A stretch of DNA of 63,908 nt, filler included, from Neolecta irregularis DAH-3 (lineage: Eukaryota): NCBI GenBank assembly GCA_001929475.1. It is 5 parts of 5 records of this genome, joined end to end, with 100 filler letters (N's around TTAATTAATTAA, not from the genome) between each part and the next. Parts side by side here need not be neighbours in the genome. Positions count along the whole stretch, not along the records: positions 21,946 to 53,279 come from LXFE01002362.1; 4 more parts are not named here. One strand, written 5' to 3'. The notes below the pieces were generated by a model, which ran no database searches, was not told where the DNA came from, and saw only the letters and a list, made by a program, of their open reading frames with translations. Positions 36,991 through 49,500 of this stretch are shown piece after piece. Both the position numbers and the translations under genes were made by a program. Position 1 is the stretch's first letter. Each line of letters opens with the position of its first letter.

Positions 36991-37126
36991 ATATTTCTGC
37001 ATCCTATACTTTCCACTTAAACTACTTCGAAAAGTCCTACAAAAAACGAATAGTAGTCAATTGGTGTTGGTCAACGCGAGTGAAAAAGAACCCACTTTTT
37101 TGCTGCCACTCCGCAGTCTGTAAACT

Positions 37127-38061
37127 ATGTCACCCAAAACGCTTCACCTCGCCCGTCCTACACCTACAACCGCCCATTGTGGTCCCCTTAAAGTCATAAT
37201 AGATCCAGTTGTCCTACTCTCCATTCTTAACCACGCAAATCGCCGTCCAGAAGACCAAGAACGAGTCATCGGGACCCTACTTGGCTCCCGAAACGAAGAT
37301 GGCTCTGAAATTGAATTGAAAACGTCTTTTGCAGTTCCTCATAACGAATCAACAGATCAGGATCAGGTATGCTTTGACCCCCTGAAGCTCTTTAACTAAG
37401 AAAAAGGTCGAAGTAGATATGGAATACCACAAAACAATGTCCCAGATCCATTCAAAAACAAATCCCCGTGAAAATCTAGTAGGATGGTACGCAACAACCT
37501 CGAATCTCAATACTTTTTCCGCTCTGATTCAAAACTTTTACGCATCGCAAATTGACGCCCCTTCGGTCCATTTAACGATTGGTATCGAACCAGGAAAGCA
37601 GACTGATATAAATTGCTACGTTAGCAGTGGTGTTGGAGTTACCCCCGAGCGAGGGGATGATAGCTGTTACTTTGTTCCCGTCCCATGGGTCCTCAAAGAC
37701 TCTGAGAAATCAGCCCGTATGTTCCTGTAGATTCTGATTTGACTAAGCGAAAGTTGATGCGCTAAATACCCAGTCAACACCGTCATCGATAACTCATCTG
37801 ACTCAAACGTTAACCCAAGTTCAAGATCTCCTCAGCCGAGCGATCCGCTACGTGGATGCCGTCATCTCTGGTACCGAAAAACCAAACGTGCGAGTGGGAC
37901 GACATCTGTTAAGTCAGCTCGAAAACATACCTCAGCTCCCTGCTAGTCAACTTGAAGAGATGTTTGGGAAACATGTTCAGGATGTCTTGCTGATTGAGTA
38001 TCTTTCTGAAGCGGTAAAAAGTCAAGTAGAACTTGCCGCAAAGTTAGGAAGAATATGTTGA
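37127..38061 (+). CDS. EIF3F: Translation initiation factor 3 subunit F (MPN domain)
   Basis: [18 protein letters not shown]...[42 protein letters not shown] and [11 protein letters not shown]. Confidence 0.92.
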
Positions 38062-38923
38062 TACGTTAACTGATTGAAGGCATGGGTAGAGATGTAAATG
38101 ATGGGTAATAGTGTGATTTTTCAGTTCTCTCACGAAGAACCAAGCATTCGTCTACCTCATTTTGGTATATGGACTCCCTTTCACATGAATTAAACAAATT
38201 GCCCAATCGACGAATGATAGCAACACGTTTTTCTGTGACCACACGATCCGGCATAGTACCTCAAGAAATAACAAGGCGGTTTCATCAAAACATCGCTAAT
38301 ATGCAGCTACTGCGGTTGCTTGCGGGGCGGGAAGCCTTATGAAGAACAATACCAAGACTTGCTATTTTAATTTGTCTGAAGGATGATCCAGAAGGCCAAC
38401 GGCTCATGATACTCCTCCACAACGGCTTGGCAGTGTTATATAAATCTATCGTGCTTTCATCTTTTTCTAGACACTAGCCACTGCCTATCATTGCTCTCTA
38501 GATGTTTCACGCTACTGCAGAGCACGAGGATATTACCCGGTCCTTTCCAGAAAGGCCATATGAAGCCTTTCGCCTACGGCAGGCTTCGAGGACCGGCGAG
38601 CTGGAGCCAGACTGTTGCTTGCAGCGGCGAGAAAAACAACTATATCTACGTTCATGGATCAAGAGACTGGGCCAAGGGGCAGTTGAACTGGTTAGTCTGT
38701 GCCGTTTCGGCGGATCTGCTTTTTTTCCCCGGCGGGCAAATGAGCAGCAGGGCGGGTGGGAACGCGTGTCCGCTGCCAGCCGCACGCAGCCCATCGCCCG
38801 CCTTCTCCTTCCTCACGCTCCCCCTCCCGCCTCCCCCCTCTGCCTTGCCTTCCACTACTCGCTTCCTCCTCCTGTCTCTCCCTTGAGTCCTGTCTATCTC
38901 CTTGATCCGCCTTCTTGCCAGCC

Positions 38924-40139
38924 ATGGGTTGTGGCACGTCCCGGGAAGTTGATCCGTTAAGTCGAACTCGCAATGACCAGATCGAGTCGCAGCTCAAGAA
39001 GGACCGTCTCCGTCTTCGCAATGAAATAAAGATGCTTCTTCTGGGTTGCTTTCCCTCCCGCTTCCAGATTGCTAAACTCCCTACAGGTGCCGGCGAGTCC
39101 GGGAAATCGACTATCCTGAAACAGATGAAGCTGATCCACGAAGGTGGATACAGCCCCGATGAAAGGGATAGCTTCAAGGAAATCATTTACAGTAACACAA
39201 TCCAGAGCATGCGAGTCATGCTCGAGGCGATGGAATCGATGGAGCTTATCTTGGCCGACCCGGAGAACGAGATTCACGTCCAAACCATATTTAGTCAGCC
39301 AAGTCAAATCGAGGGAAACGCCCTCCCTACCGAAGTCGGCGTTGCCATCAAAAGTTTATGGGCAGATCAAGGCGTTCAGGAATGTTTCAAGCGAAGCAGA
39401 GAGTACCAACTCAACGATTCAGCCAAATAGTAAACATCGTTGCTGGGGAATCTTTTGACGATATAGCTATTTTGATTCGGTTGATCGAATCGCTGCTTTT
39501 GACTATCTCCCAACCGATCAGGATGTGTTGCGGTCCCGAGTTAAAACAACTGGGATCACAGAAACCACCTTTATCATCGGTGAATTGACTTATCGAATGT
39601 TTGATGTCGGCGGTCAACGATCTGAACGAAAAAAGTGGATTCATTGCTTTGAAAATGTAACCTGTATTCTCTTCCTTGTCGCGATCAGCGAGTACGACCA
39701 ACGTCTACTCGAAGATGAAACCGTTAATCGAATGCAAGAAGCTCTGACCTTATTTGACTCGATCTGTAATTCGAGATGGTTTGTGAAAACCTCAGTCATC
39801 CTCTTCCTCAACAAGACGGATATTTTTAGAGATAAATTACCCATTAGCCCTATGGGCGAATATTTCAAAGACTACGAAGGTATTCTCCACTCTGTCTTCA
39901 ACACGCTTACTTTAAAGGAGGAAATGACTATAACGCCGCTTGTGATTACATTCTCAACCGTTTTGTAAGTCTGAATCAGTCCGAAACCAAACAAATATAT
40001 ACTCACTTTACCTGTGCCACAGAGTAACTTCCCCCTTTCCTCTTAGCTAATGGTCAGTACGACTCAAATTAAATTCGTGATGGCCGCCGTCAACGATATT
40101 GTCGTCCAAAGTAATCTTCGTGAATGTGGGCTTATTTAG
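38924..40139 (+). CDS. gna-1: Heterotrimeric G-protein alpha subunit, group I (GNA-1/FadA type)
   Basis: MGCGTS myristoylation site, [29 protein letters not shown] and C-terminal NLRECGLI. Confidence 0.95.
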
Positions 40140-40918
40140 AATAGCTGGGTCGTCATCTCCTTTGTTCGTCCATTTTATTCTGTTTTTTCATATCTTATCC
40201 TAAACCGCCGTTCTGTTTTTGTGATGTCGTCCAGAAAGAGGTGAGCACTTTTTTATCTTTTTTATTTTTTTATGAATATGTTTCTACAGGCTTTTTAAAA
40301 AGCTTCTTGCAGTTGCTTCCTTTGACGGTTACTGATTGGACCCATCCGGAGTATTCAATTTCGTGTATTTAGGTCGCTAGTGGTCCATGTCTACAATCCC
40401 TTCATTTGCCAACGTCTTATATCGATACATCCCAGCAATCTACGCAATATAATTATTAGATTAACTGGGGGCAAATTTAATTCAAGTTGTCAAATAAAGC
40501 CGATTGCCAAAATATATCAAGTTTCTTACCGGCGTGTCCATGTCCTGGCTGCATTAACGCAAGAGATTAGTAATTTCTCCCTCGAATGCAATGACGAATG
40601 TTCCAAGGTTAGATCTAATATGTTTACGCCTCTGAGGAAAAGAAAAGGGATCGACAAAATCCATATGGTTCTCTTCCACTCGTATGAGCGGAAGATCGCC
40701 GGTTCTTTTTTCATGAAGCCAAATTGACCCCATCTGAAATTTGAACTTGTATGCATTCAATAATCCCCGGTTGATTTTATTTGCCAACGCGGATAACTAA
40801 AAGAAATTCCAAGTGACAAATAGCCAGATACTCGCAAGTATAGGTATCTATCTGAGAATTCCTCCTACATAGCTTCAAGTTGAAGACAAAGCCGGAGTAT
40901 GCAATCCGACACTGCCGA

Positions 40919-42073
40919 TTACCACTCCTCATTTTTCTCCGGTTTATCCAATATACCAAGCGAATTCGAACTTCGTGCAAGCATTCTCATGGAACACATT
41001 TCCAAAAATCGCACAACCCACTCAGTACATACCAAAAGACCTCCAATAATACTCGTCAATCTTATTAAAAAAGGGAAGAACGAAATTCGGTTAGCAGTCA
41101 CGGTAAGACTTAGTGGCTCGATATCATATTTGAAAAAGATTCCAGGAATACCGCTTTTAAGAGGTTGTGACTGTTCAGTTACTGCATATTGATTTGTATC
41201 GATGGTTCGAAACCGACCGCGGTACGTAGTTGGAATTATAGAGAGGTAGTATTGGAAACGATAAAAGTCTAGATATTAAAACCAGAATATCCATGGAGCA
41301 ACCCACTCTCTTCAGTGCGCGTGTAAATTCCATCCAACGGGTTTACCAAGTTTGGATAAAGGTCTCCAAACGAGTACTCTCTTATCACGTGCGAGAAATT
41401 CATACCTTTAATAAGCATAAGAACAGATGCCGAATTCATACGATCGTGATCCAGGTGCATTAATCCACCGTATCCATGACCAATTGCTGTTATATGGAAA
41501 TCTCCCATTACTCTATTTAAGAACAAGGATCCCCAAATGCGACATGCGTCTCCTGTTTTTACTCGTTTCTTCAATCCCCCTTTACGTGCATTGAGAGCTG
41601 CTTTGAGACTTGGATCATCAGCTCGATGCGACAGTAGCGACTCCGTATCCAGAGTGTTAAATTCCGACTAGGATATTGAGAAAAGCCTCTATTTTAAAAA
41701 GATATAATAGTACCGGTGATTTTTTGAGAATTCCATCTGTTACTATGAGATCTCCAGTCGCATCTTGAACATTGATATGTAACACTATATGGATTAAAAT
41801 TGCTCTCGTGTGCAACACGGTACCTTCGCATTCCATTGCAACTGTGATATCCACATTCAGCCTCATACGTTGTTCGATCTTCTTTTCTACGCTAAATCTG
41901 TGAGTCTCTTGACCACCAAGATATCGATTGAATTCCGATACTGAAAAACACGCGATAAAAAGGATTATGATTACCGAAATGATACCATTACGGGAGGTTC
42001 GTGTAGTATAAGCCGAATCGACTTTCGGGAAAGCATCGAATGTTCGAATCGTCGATGGGACCAAGTCATCCAT
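40919..42073 (-). CDS. ERV41: ER-Golgi intermediate compartment protein Erv41/ERGIC2
   Basis: RTFDAFPKVD, LNVDITVAMEC, ACRIWGSL..NRVMGDFHITA, NFSHVI, NPLD, PGIFFKYDIEP and IIGGLLVC. Confidence 0.92.
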
Positions 42074-42667
42074 AAAAAAAACCAAGAGAAGGGTCAGCAG
42101 AGATGGCCAAAGAAATGTGGATGTAGCAAGATAGAAGGCACGTGCTAGTTCGTTGAGTACGAAATAGGAGTTTGAATAGAACCAGGAGATTTTCATGATA
42201 CTTTTGTTATAAACAGTTTCCATTTAAAAAAGGGCCTAATGGATGTCTTGAGATAATAGATCCAACGGAAAAAATTTAGTGTAGTCTATGATATCTTTGT
42301 AGGAGTAATCAAATCTAACCCTTTGCAGCGTCGGGGAGAATAGATGGAGTTGTACAAGATGTCAATTAATTTCAATTACTAGCCCAAATGATTCTCCAAA
42401 GCAATCATTAAGAGTACTTTCGATGCTGACGGCGTTGAAGTGGTCGAGTTTCATCATTTCGACCTACAATAAAATCTTCTACAGAGTCATTTCGAGAAAA
42501 CATGCTATTTCTAGTTTCAGGATGCTTGTGGTATGTTCGTGCCGAGGCGGCATCTCAAAACTTTGGCAAACAGTTCTTGATTTATATTGACATCTCTTTT
42601 GGTTTTTGATTCAGTGCTTAATAAATGGGGTTAATTCGTGAAGCGGCGTCCTGTGATGCTTGTACCT

Positions 42668-43250
42668 TTACAAGATGCAATCTCCTGTTCTGCGAATGAA
42701 ATATCGAACCAAGCTGTCAAATCCCAGCCTATCCCCTATTCTCAGCAATTTCGCTGATAAGCATTAATAATATTCATATGTAAATTATACCAGCATCAAC
42801 ATTCAGCGGACTCGATGGATCCGGGCTTTCTAGGAGACTTCGTACGGCTACACATGCTCCGGCGATACCCCATGTTGCCGACCAAGAATCCTTCAACACA
42901 TCTAAGCAAATTTCGCCAGTCTACTTGATCAGAACATAGTGACGACTCAACAATGCCTTTATATCGATGTTAGGATGTAGTACTTGATTGTAGAAACGTA
43001 TACTAGGCGGTTCTAGCGGGTACTTCTTGGGAATAAATATCTCCAGTTTGAACATTCCGTCTGTAGTTGATTAGCAGTGAACGGATATGACCTCAGTGCC
43101 TTCATATGCGGTTTCCGGTGGTCCTCTGAATTCGCATTCCCATTTCTCTAGCAAATCGTCGGTAGGTTCAAGCCGGATCAAGTTTTCATTTGGATGCCGT
43201 TGAATAGATTGATATTCTTTAAGAAGACGCTTCGTGGTGGTCACGGACAT
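42668..43250 (-). CDS. PEX4: Peroxisomal ubiquitin-conjugating enzyme Pex4 (4 exons; missed by the ORF track)
   Basis: Spliced: MSVTTTKRLLKEY...WECEFRGPPETAYE|DGMFKLEIFIPKKYPLEPP...HPNIDIK|TGEICLDVLKDSWSATWG...PDPSSPLNVDA|AKLLRIGDRLGFDSLVRYF. Introns at 43061-43099, 42921-42956 and 42754-42790. Confidence 0.9.
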
Positions 43251-43251
43251 T

Positions 43252-44392
43252 ATGACTCAACCGACGTCCCATGGACATTTACATAAGAAAATTCTCACAA
43301 GTAAAGATCTCGAAATATTCAAAGGCTCTGAAACATATTTCCAAATTTCTAGCTTCCTCGAAGAACTAAACGAGAGTGTAAAAGATAAAGGGAATAGGAC
43401 TGACTGTTATTTCTCCAAAGTAGTTCAAACTATCTGCAGCTTCTGATAATCAGACAACGACCGAAATTAACAGGATCCTGCAGCATATAGAAGATCTTGT
43501 GGGAAAACACCCACCAGAGAAGGTAGGATTATCAAGATTTGGAAACACCGGATTTCATGGATTCTATGATGAGTTGAATTCAGTATATCCTAACGCCATT
43601 CTGATACATGCTCACCATAGATTTCGTTCTCGCTTCAGTCGCCATTCAGCGTATCTGAATCAGCTAAAGGCGAGCTTTCGGAATATCTTGCATATTCCTT
43701 CGGTAATCGCACGCGTATAGACTACGGTTCAGGACATGAGTTGAATTTTCTTTGTTACTTGTATCATAATTCGCGTTTACCTATTGATAAATAGACTTTG
43801 CCTCCGTCAGCTGGATCAGATCTGTTCTGCGGATAATACAGCCCTTGTTCTCGGCATATTCACTAAGTATCTCTCACTTATGCGACTCCTCCAGCAAACA
43901 TATTGGCTCGAGCCAGCGGGCTCTCATGGAGTTTGGGGTCTCGATGACTACCACTTCCTTCCATTCGTCTTCGGCTCGTCGCAGCTTCGGGGTCATAAAT
44001 ACCTTCGCCCAAAATCGATTCACGACCCGCTCGTCATTGAGGCTTATGCAAAGGAATACATCTATATTGACTGTATCTCATTCATTAACAGTATCAAGTC
44101 CGCTAGCCTGCGATGGCATTCACCCATGTTGGATGATATATCAGCTGCAAAGTCATGGGAAAAGGTCAACTCGGGAATGATTAAAATGTATAGAGCTGAA
44201 GTTCTGGGAAAATTGCCAGTTATGCAGCACTTTCGATTTGGAGAGTTGTTGAAGGCAAACGAGAACATGGGAATAGAGCAGGAAGCTGAGCATGTTCATG
44301 GATGGGGTGACTGTTGTGGAATCAAGGTTCCTAGTGCGGTCGCTGCGAAGAAGGCTGAAGAACCTCGGTTGCGAAGGTTACCTTTCGATTAA
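43252..44392 (+). CDS. RRD2: Serine/threonine phosphatase 2A activator (PTPA), Rrd2/Ypa2 type
   Basis: [45 protein letters not shown] and [12 protein letters not shown]...LPFD. Confidence 0.95.
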
Positions 44393-45537
44393 GCTTTACT
44401 GTATGTAGTTTGAAGGCATGGCATTTTCACATCTTCATTTCAGCTTCGTTCCCTGATACGTCCGCCATATCGAATAACCGTTGAGAATTTCTAGTGTCTG
44501 TACATAGACCATAGACTATCATCTGTGTGATGAGCTTCAAGAGGCGACACTTCGGAAGTTTCTGCTGCAGGCGTAATACTGAAGGTAAGACAGAAAAAAT
44601 AGGAAGTGATTGTTCACCTTCAGTTGGTTTTCGCAGAACTTTTTAACTTGCGATTTTCAACCAACAAGCTTAAAGACTATACTTAGTTGTGATATTCGCT
44701 CCCAACAGATGAAATCTGCTAATCTCTCCTGAAACATTTCAGAAATAACTACTAGCCTCAGCGCTTGTCTTTTAGAAACGAGAGGCAAATAACAACCTCA
44801 CTTACCTGAACTATATATAGAAAATCGTTGGCGCTTGAATCGCACCCTAGGAAAACATTGATGAAACAAATATAGGCTTAAATTTGATATCCTGCCAATG
44901 TTGACAATGAAATTCGTAACAATCATATAGGGAGCTATCATCTTGTTCCAGGACTGGCAAATATCTTCTGTGGGCATTTGAAAAGTATACCAGAAGAAGG
45001 TAATATTAGTCATGTTTGAATGAGGATCTGAGAGAATACTCCCACCGAAAGAAGCTTGTTCATCCTCTTTCAGCTAGCCAAAGTGTGTGAAATTACAAAG
45101 ATTAGTGATTTGTTTTATTGACCTTTCTAATAAGAAGGTCCAGTGACCACAGTGTTTTAGCCAGCGATGACACTCCAAACCAGATCATCAAACGGAACCT
45201 TGTACTTGCATGAAGGTTTCAGGTCGCAAGTTCACCTTGTCTAATTTTCTTGAGTCGTTAGAGGGAGAAGTTCTCAATTAAAAATGATACTTAGGATATA
45301 TTTCATTGGTCCTTGCATCAAGTCTAGAATAAGGAATCCAGAGATTAAATGAGAGTTTCGAATTTAGAAGTTGGTGGTCTGACAAGGGCAAATCCTTAAG
45401 GTGATGTCTGGGATGGACATGTGAAAGACGCCTCGCCTCGATGGTGAATCGGGCGGGTCTCTCACTTTGCTACACCCTTATAAACCTCCAAATCACTCAA
45501 AGTTCCCCACGCGCCGCATTTCACATCCCCACCCAAC

Positions 45538-46330
45538 ATGAATCCTCCCTCGCAGTCTACTCCAATAAAAGCTAGATCAGCACGTTCAGTGCCTCAGAAC
45601 ACCCCTAACTCTTCCGTTCCAAGAAGTGGCGTGCTTCCTCAGCAAGGCGTATTAGACTTTGAAGCATTAAATCAAGCGGCAAGGAGGGCGGAAGTTGACG
45701 TTATGGCTCGCGATATAGAATTTATGACTTGTAAGTCGGAATGAAAGGAAGGGACTTCCTGCTATGTCTATTTGATGTGGAGTGCGCATTTTTGTTTCGG
45801 GGATTCTTTTCATCTGGTGTTTTGGTGGGAACGGGGTAAAGACTTTTCATGTCTCAAATCTGCTAGAGCAGTTATTTCAAAAGCGATCAGATCGGAGGTT
45901 AATCGCCTGTGCATTATATTGTATATGCAAGTCGATATTAGTCGTTATGATTCTAAATAAGCCTCACATTTATTCACACGACGTTCCCTTTTTCGGGTTG
46001 TTTATGTTATTTTGGCTTGCTTTCTGAATTCCCATTCTGCGTTCGCATGGCCTTCGACTCTAGGTCGGTTGACCCGCTGACCGATTCAGTAATATGACCG
46101 CGGTCCACATAGTGACACCATTGTGGGGTTCTATTCCCTTGAAAAGACTTAGACCATATAGCTCTCGCGTAATTTAGCTTAACCTTGGATTCTTTGGAAC
46201 AGGACCGGTCGTCTTCGGTCTTCCTGTCAGCTTTGTAGAAGAGAGCGCATATATATTATTCTCTTCTACTTGGTAGGTGTTCAACATTTGGTATAAAGAC
46301 ATCACCAACACGAACGGCTGTAAGTTGGGA
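45538..46330 (+). CDS. Hypothetical small membrane protein (multi-exon; 3' end uncertain)
   Basis: First exon MNPPSQSTP... ends at a canonical GTAAGT donor. Downstream segments are hydrophobic. Confidence 0.4.
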
Positions 46331-46566
46331 CTAGATTAAAACTTAATATGATATAATACTAAGAACACTGTTGACGAGTTTCCATCGTTGAGTACCACAC
46401 TATGTCCCCAAAAGAACGAGATCTCTCGTCAAGACTTTATTGATGTCCGAATCGAGTGAATGCATATCCTTCAAATCAGGAATAAGATGATAAACTATCA
46501 TCCATCCGAAGGTACGTGCCACTGAACAAGTTGATTGAATAAGAATTTTTATATAAAAAAGAGAAG

Positions 46567-49500
46567 TTATGAGACATTATCACTAGACTGTGATTTGTAA
46601 AAAATGGACGATTGGTCTTCGATCATTGTGGCAGCAAAGCCGTCTTCAACAACCTTGCCATCTTTCAGTACAATGACTCTATCATATTCCTGAAATTATC
46701 AGATAGAAAATAACATAGTGAAGACTTACCAAAGCCGTACCCACGCTTGAAGTGACTGCAACAACTGTCAAGTCCGGAATTTTCCGTAAATATTGAATAA
46801 TTTGATGTTCGCTGTTATAATTAGGCCTCATATTTTTGACAGGGAGTATACGTAGCGAGATCAACGCTCGACGTGGTGTTATCTAAAACGAGAAGCTTGG
46901 ATCTCCGAAGAAGAGCTCGAGACAGCGACAGAATTTGGCGTTGACCTAACAGCGTTAGCCTCCCACGCATCCTGAGGCTTTGTTCATACCGAGAGAAAAA
47001 TTGCTTCCATTCTGAAGAACTACCTCATCAAGAATGCTTCGGCCCAGCAGTATATCCGCCTTTCGGGGCAAAGACTTGCTGAATCCCACATTCTGAAGCA
47101 ACTGGAGTAATATACTATCATCAAATATCTTCGAATGATCTAAATTTGACCGAACAGTACCTGTGCTGTTAGATTACTGCTTAGCCCATATCATACCTTC
47201 AAAGAGCATCGGATCCGAGGACACAAAGCAGACACGGAACCTTAACTCTCCCAGGTTCACATTTTCCACATCAACCCCGTCAACCTTAATACTTCCGCGG
47301 GTGCGCTTTTTAAAACGCATTAAATTTTCCAGAAGCTCTGAGCCCCCAGGGCCGATAATAGCAACATGATCTCCACTCGCTATATGTATAGAAACATCTG
47401 AGAGAATTTCTTTCTCGGCATCCTGCCGAAATGAAAGTTCTTGAATGGTAACAGATCCACCTACGGGCCAATCCGCAGTGACACGACGAAAAACATGAGG
47501 CTTTGGATCTTGTTCGCTTTCATTAAACAGCTGCAATCTTTGGAAACTAGAAAGATTAACACAAGAACACTATAAAGATTTTTTACACCTTTTAGCATGA
47601 GCAATTGTCGTGCTCAAGCTACCTAAAAATCCAATGATGATCCGACTCAATCCCATTGTATTGTAGATAATAAATGCGATAAGCCCAACTGGCAAAGATC
47701 GAGGATGAATAGCAAGTAGCGCAGCAACAAATGCAATCAAACTTGTCGTTAAGTCAAGGCGTGCAGAGATCCACCGATCAATATCTAAATGTGCTTTCTC
47801 TACACGATTGTGATTGTCGAATCTTTTAAAACTGTCTTCGAGGAATTGATCTTCAGCTCGGAAAGCGCGAATTGTAGCGACCCCTACAGAAGTAGCTACT
47901 GGAATAGGTGCCTTTAACGTAGTCTCGATATGAACGAGGGAGGCTTGAGTTCGCAAATACCTTATGTGTAAGAAAATGAATAAAGAGGAGAGCAAACATA
48001 TAAGTAAAACACCATGAAGGCGCAAGAAGAAGAATCATGGGAAAGACGATTAGTGGCATAAATACTGGGATGGCAAAAGTAACAACTATCAAACTGAAAA
48101 AATAAGCAATCGCGGTATATGTTGCTACTGGAAGGGCAAAGTCCAAAACACTAATTGAATTAGACTCATCTATTCCTTGGAGACTCACGAGATATCTTGA
48201 GGAAATGTCATGACCTCGCTCGAATTTACCGATGAGAAAAGAATTAACCTTGTGAATTTTCCATGTAATTTTTGGGAAAAACCAAAGGTAGAATTGAATA
48301 ACAGGCAAATGGCGAGAGAACTGAATACCACATTTGAAGCAAATAGACATCCAAGAAGAGCAAAGCTTGAATTAAATGTGAGTTCTGGAAGAGGCATATA
48401 AATGCGGTGTCCGTGATGTCTGCGAATGGCAGGGTTATTGGCAAAGACGCAGAGCCCGTATATTGTAAAAAGAGCAGCCAATTGAGCCAAGAGGATCAAA
48501 AGGATAATCAAGAAAATGCGAAAACGTGAGCCAATGTTGAAAAAGTATGTCCAGACTGTATATGAGATACTCTGCTCAAGAAAAAGGGATCAAACCTCTC
48601 GTTCGTTTATACTGTTCCTTGGTACCCAGTTCTTGCAACTTCAAGGATGAAATAGTGTTGCTCTCATCCAAATCAATTACACTCTCAGAATCCCCTTCTT
48701 CCAAACCATCCTGACCCTCAATTGAGAAGTGAGACTTCTCTGAATTGCTTCCAACCGTATGAGCTCTTATGGGAACAATATTGTCTGTCGAGGTATCCTC
48801 TGAGTTCTCAATCTCAAAGGCAGTTTGATCTTCATCTCGAATTATTCTCCCTTCATAAAGTTCGATCACTTTATGAGCGTATTTCTCAATGTGCGTTGGG
48901 CGATTAGTTGCCAATATAACTGTGCGTCCCATGAGAATACTCCCGGATAAACAGTTCCGGACAATGGTTCGGGCCAGATCGTCCTCTAGAGAAAAGATAT
49001 CGTCAATAAGCACGACTTGGCTGAATGAGAAGACCGCCCTAGCCAACGCGATCCTGATTCTCATTGACATGTTGACATCGTTCGCATTGGTTTCATCTCC
49101 ATTTTCCAGAGTTTCGACTTGATCAAGAAGAGCACAGGCACGGAGAACCTTTGCATATCGACTTTCGTTATAGATTTCTCCAAAAAGTATATTATCTCGA
49201 ATAGAAGAGTCTTGCAACCATGGATCCTGAGAGACAAAACTGACGCCATCTATTCCGGGAAGAAAGTAAGATCCAGAAAGAAGGGTTGTCTCTCCGAGAA
49301 GACTCCATAACATAGTCGACTTACCACTCGCTACTGGTCTAGTGAATTAGTTAGAGAATGAGGACGAGATACTTGCCCAGTAATAAGATTCAAACCGCCC
49401 TTTACAAATTGAACATTAAGGTCTTGCAGAAGAAAGTTCCCTTCATTTCCATTCGAAAATGTAGCATTCCGGAAACAAGGCGGTTGGTCCGCTTTCTCAA

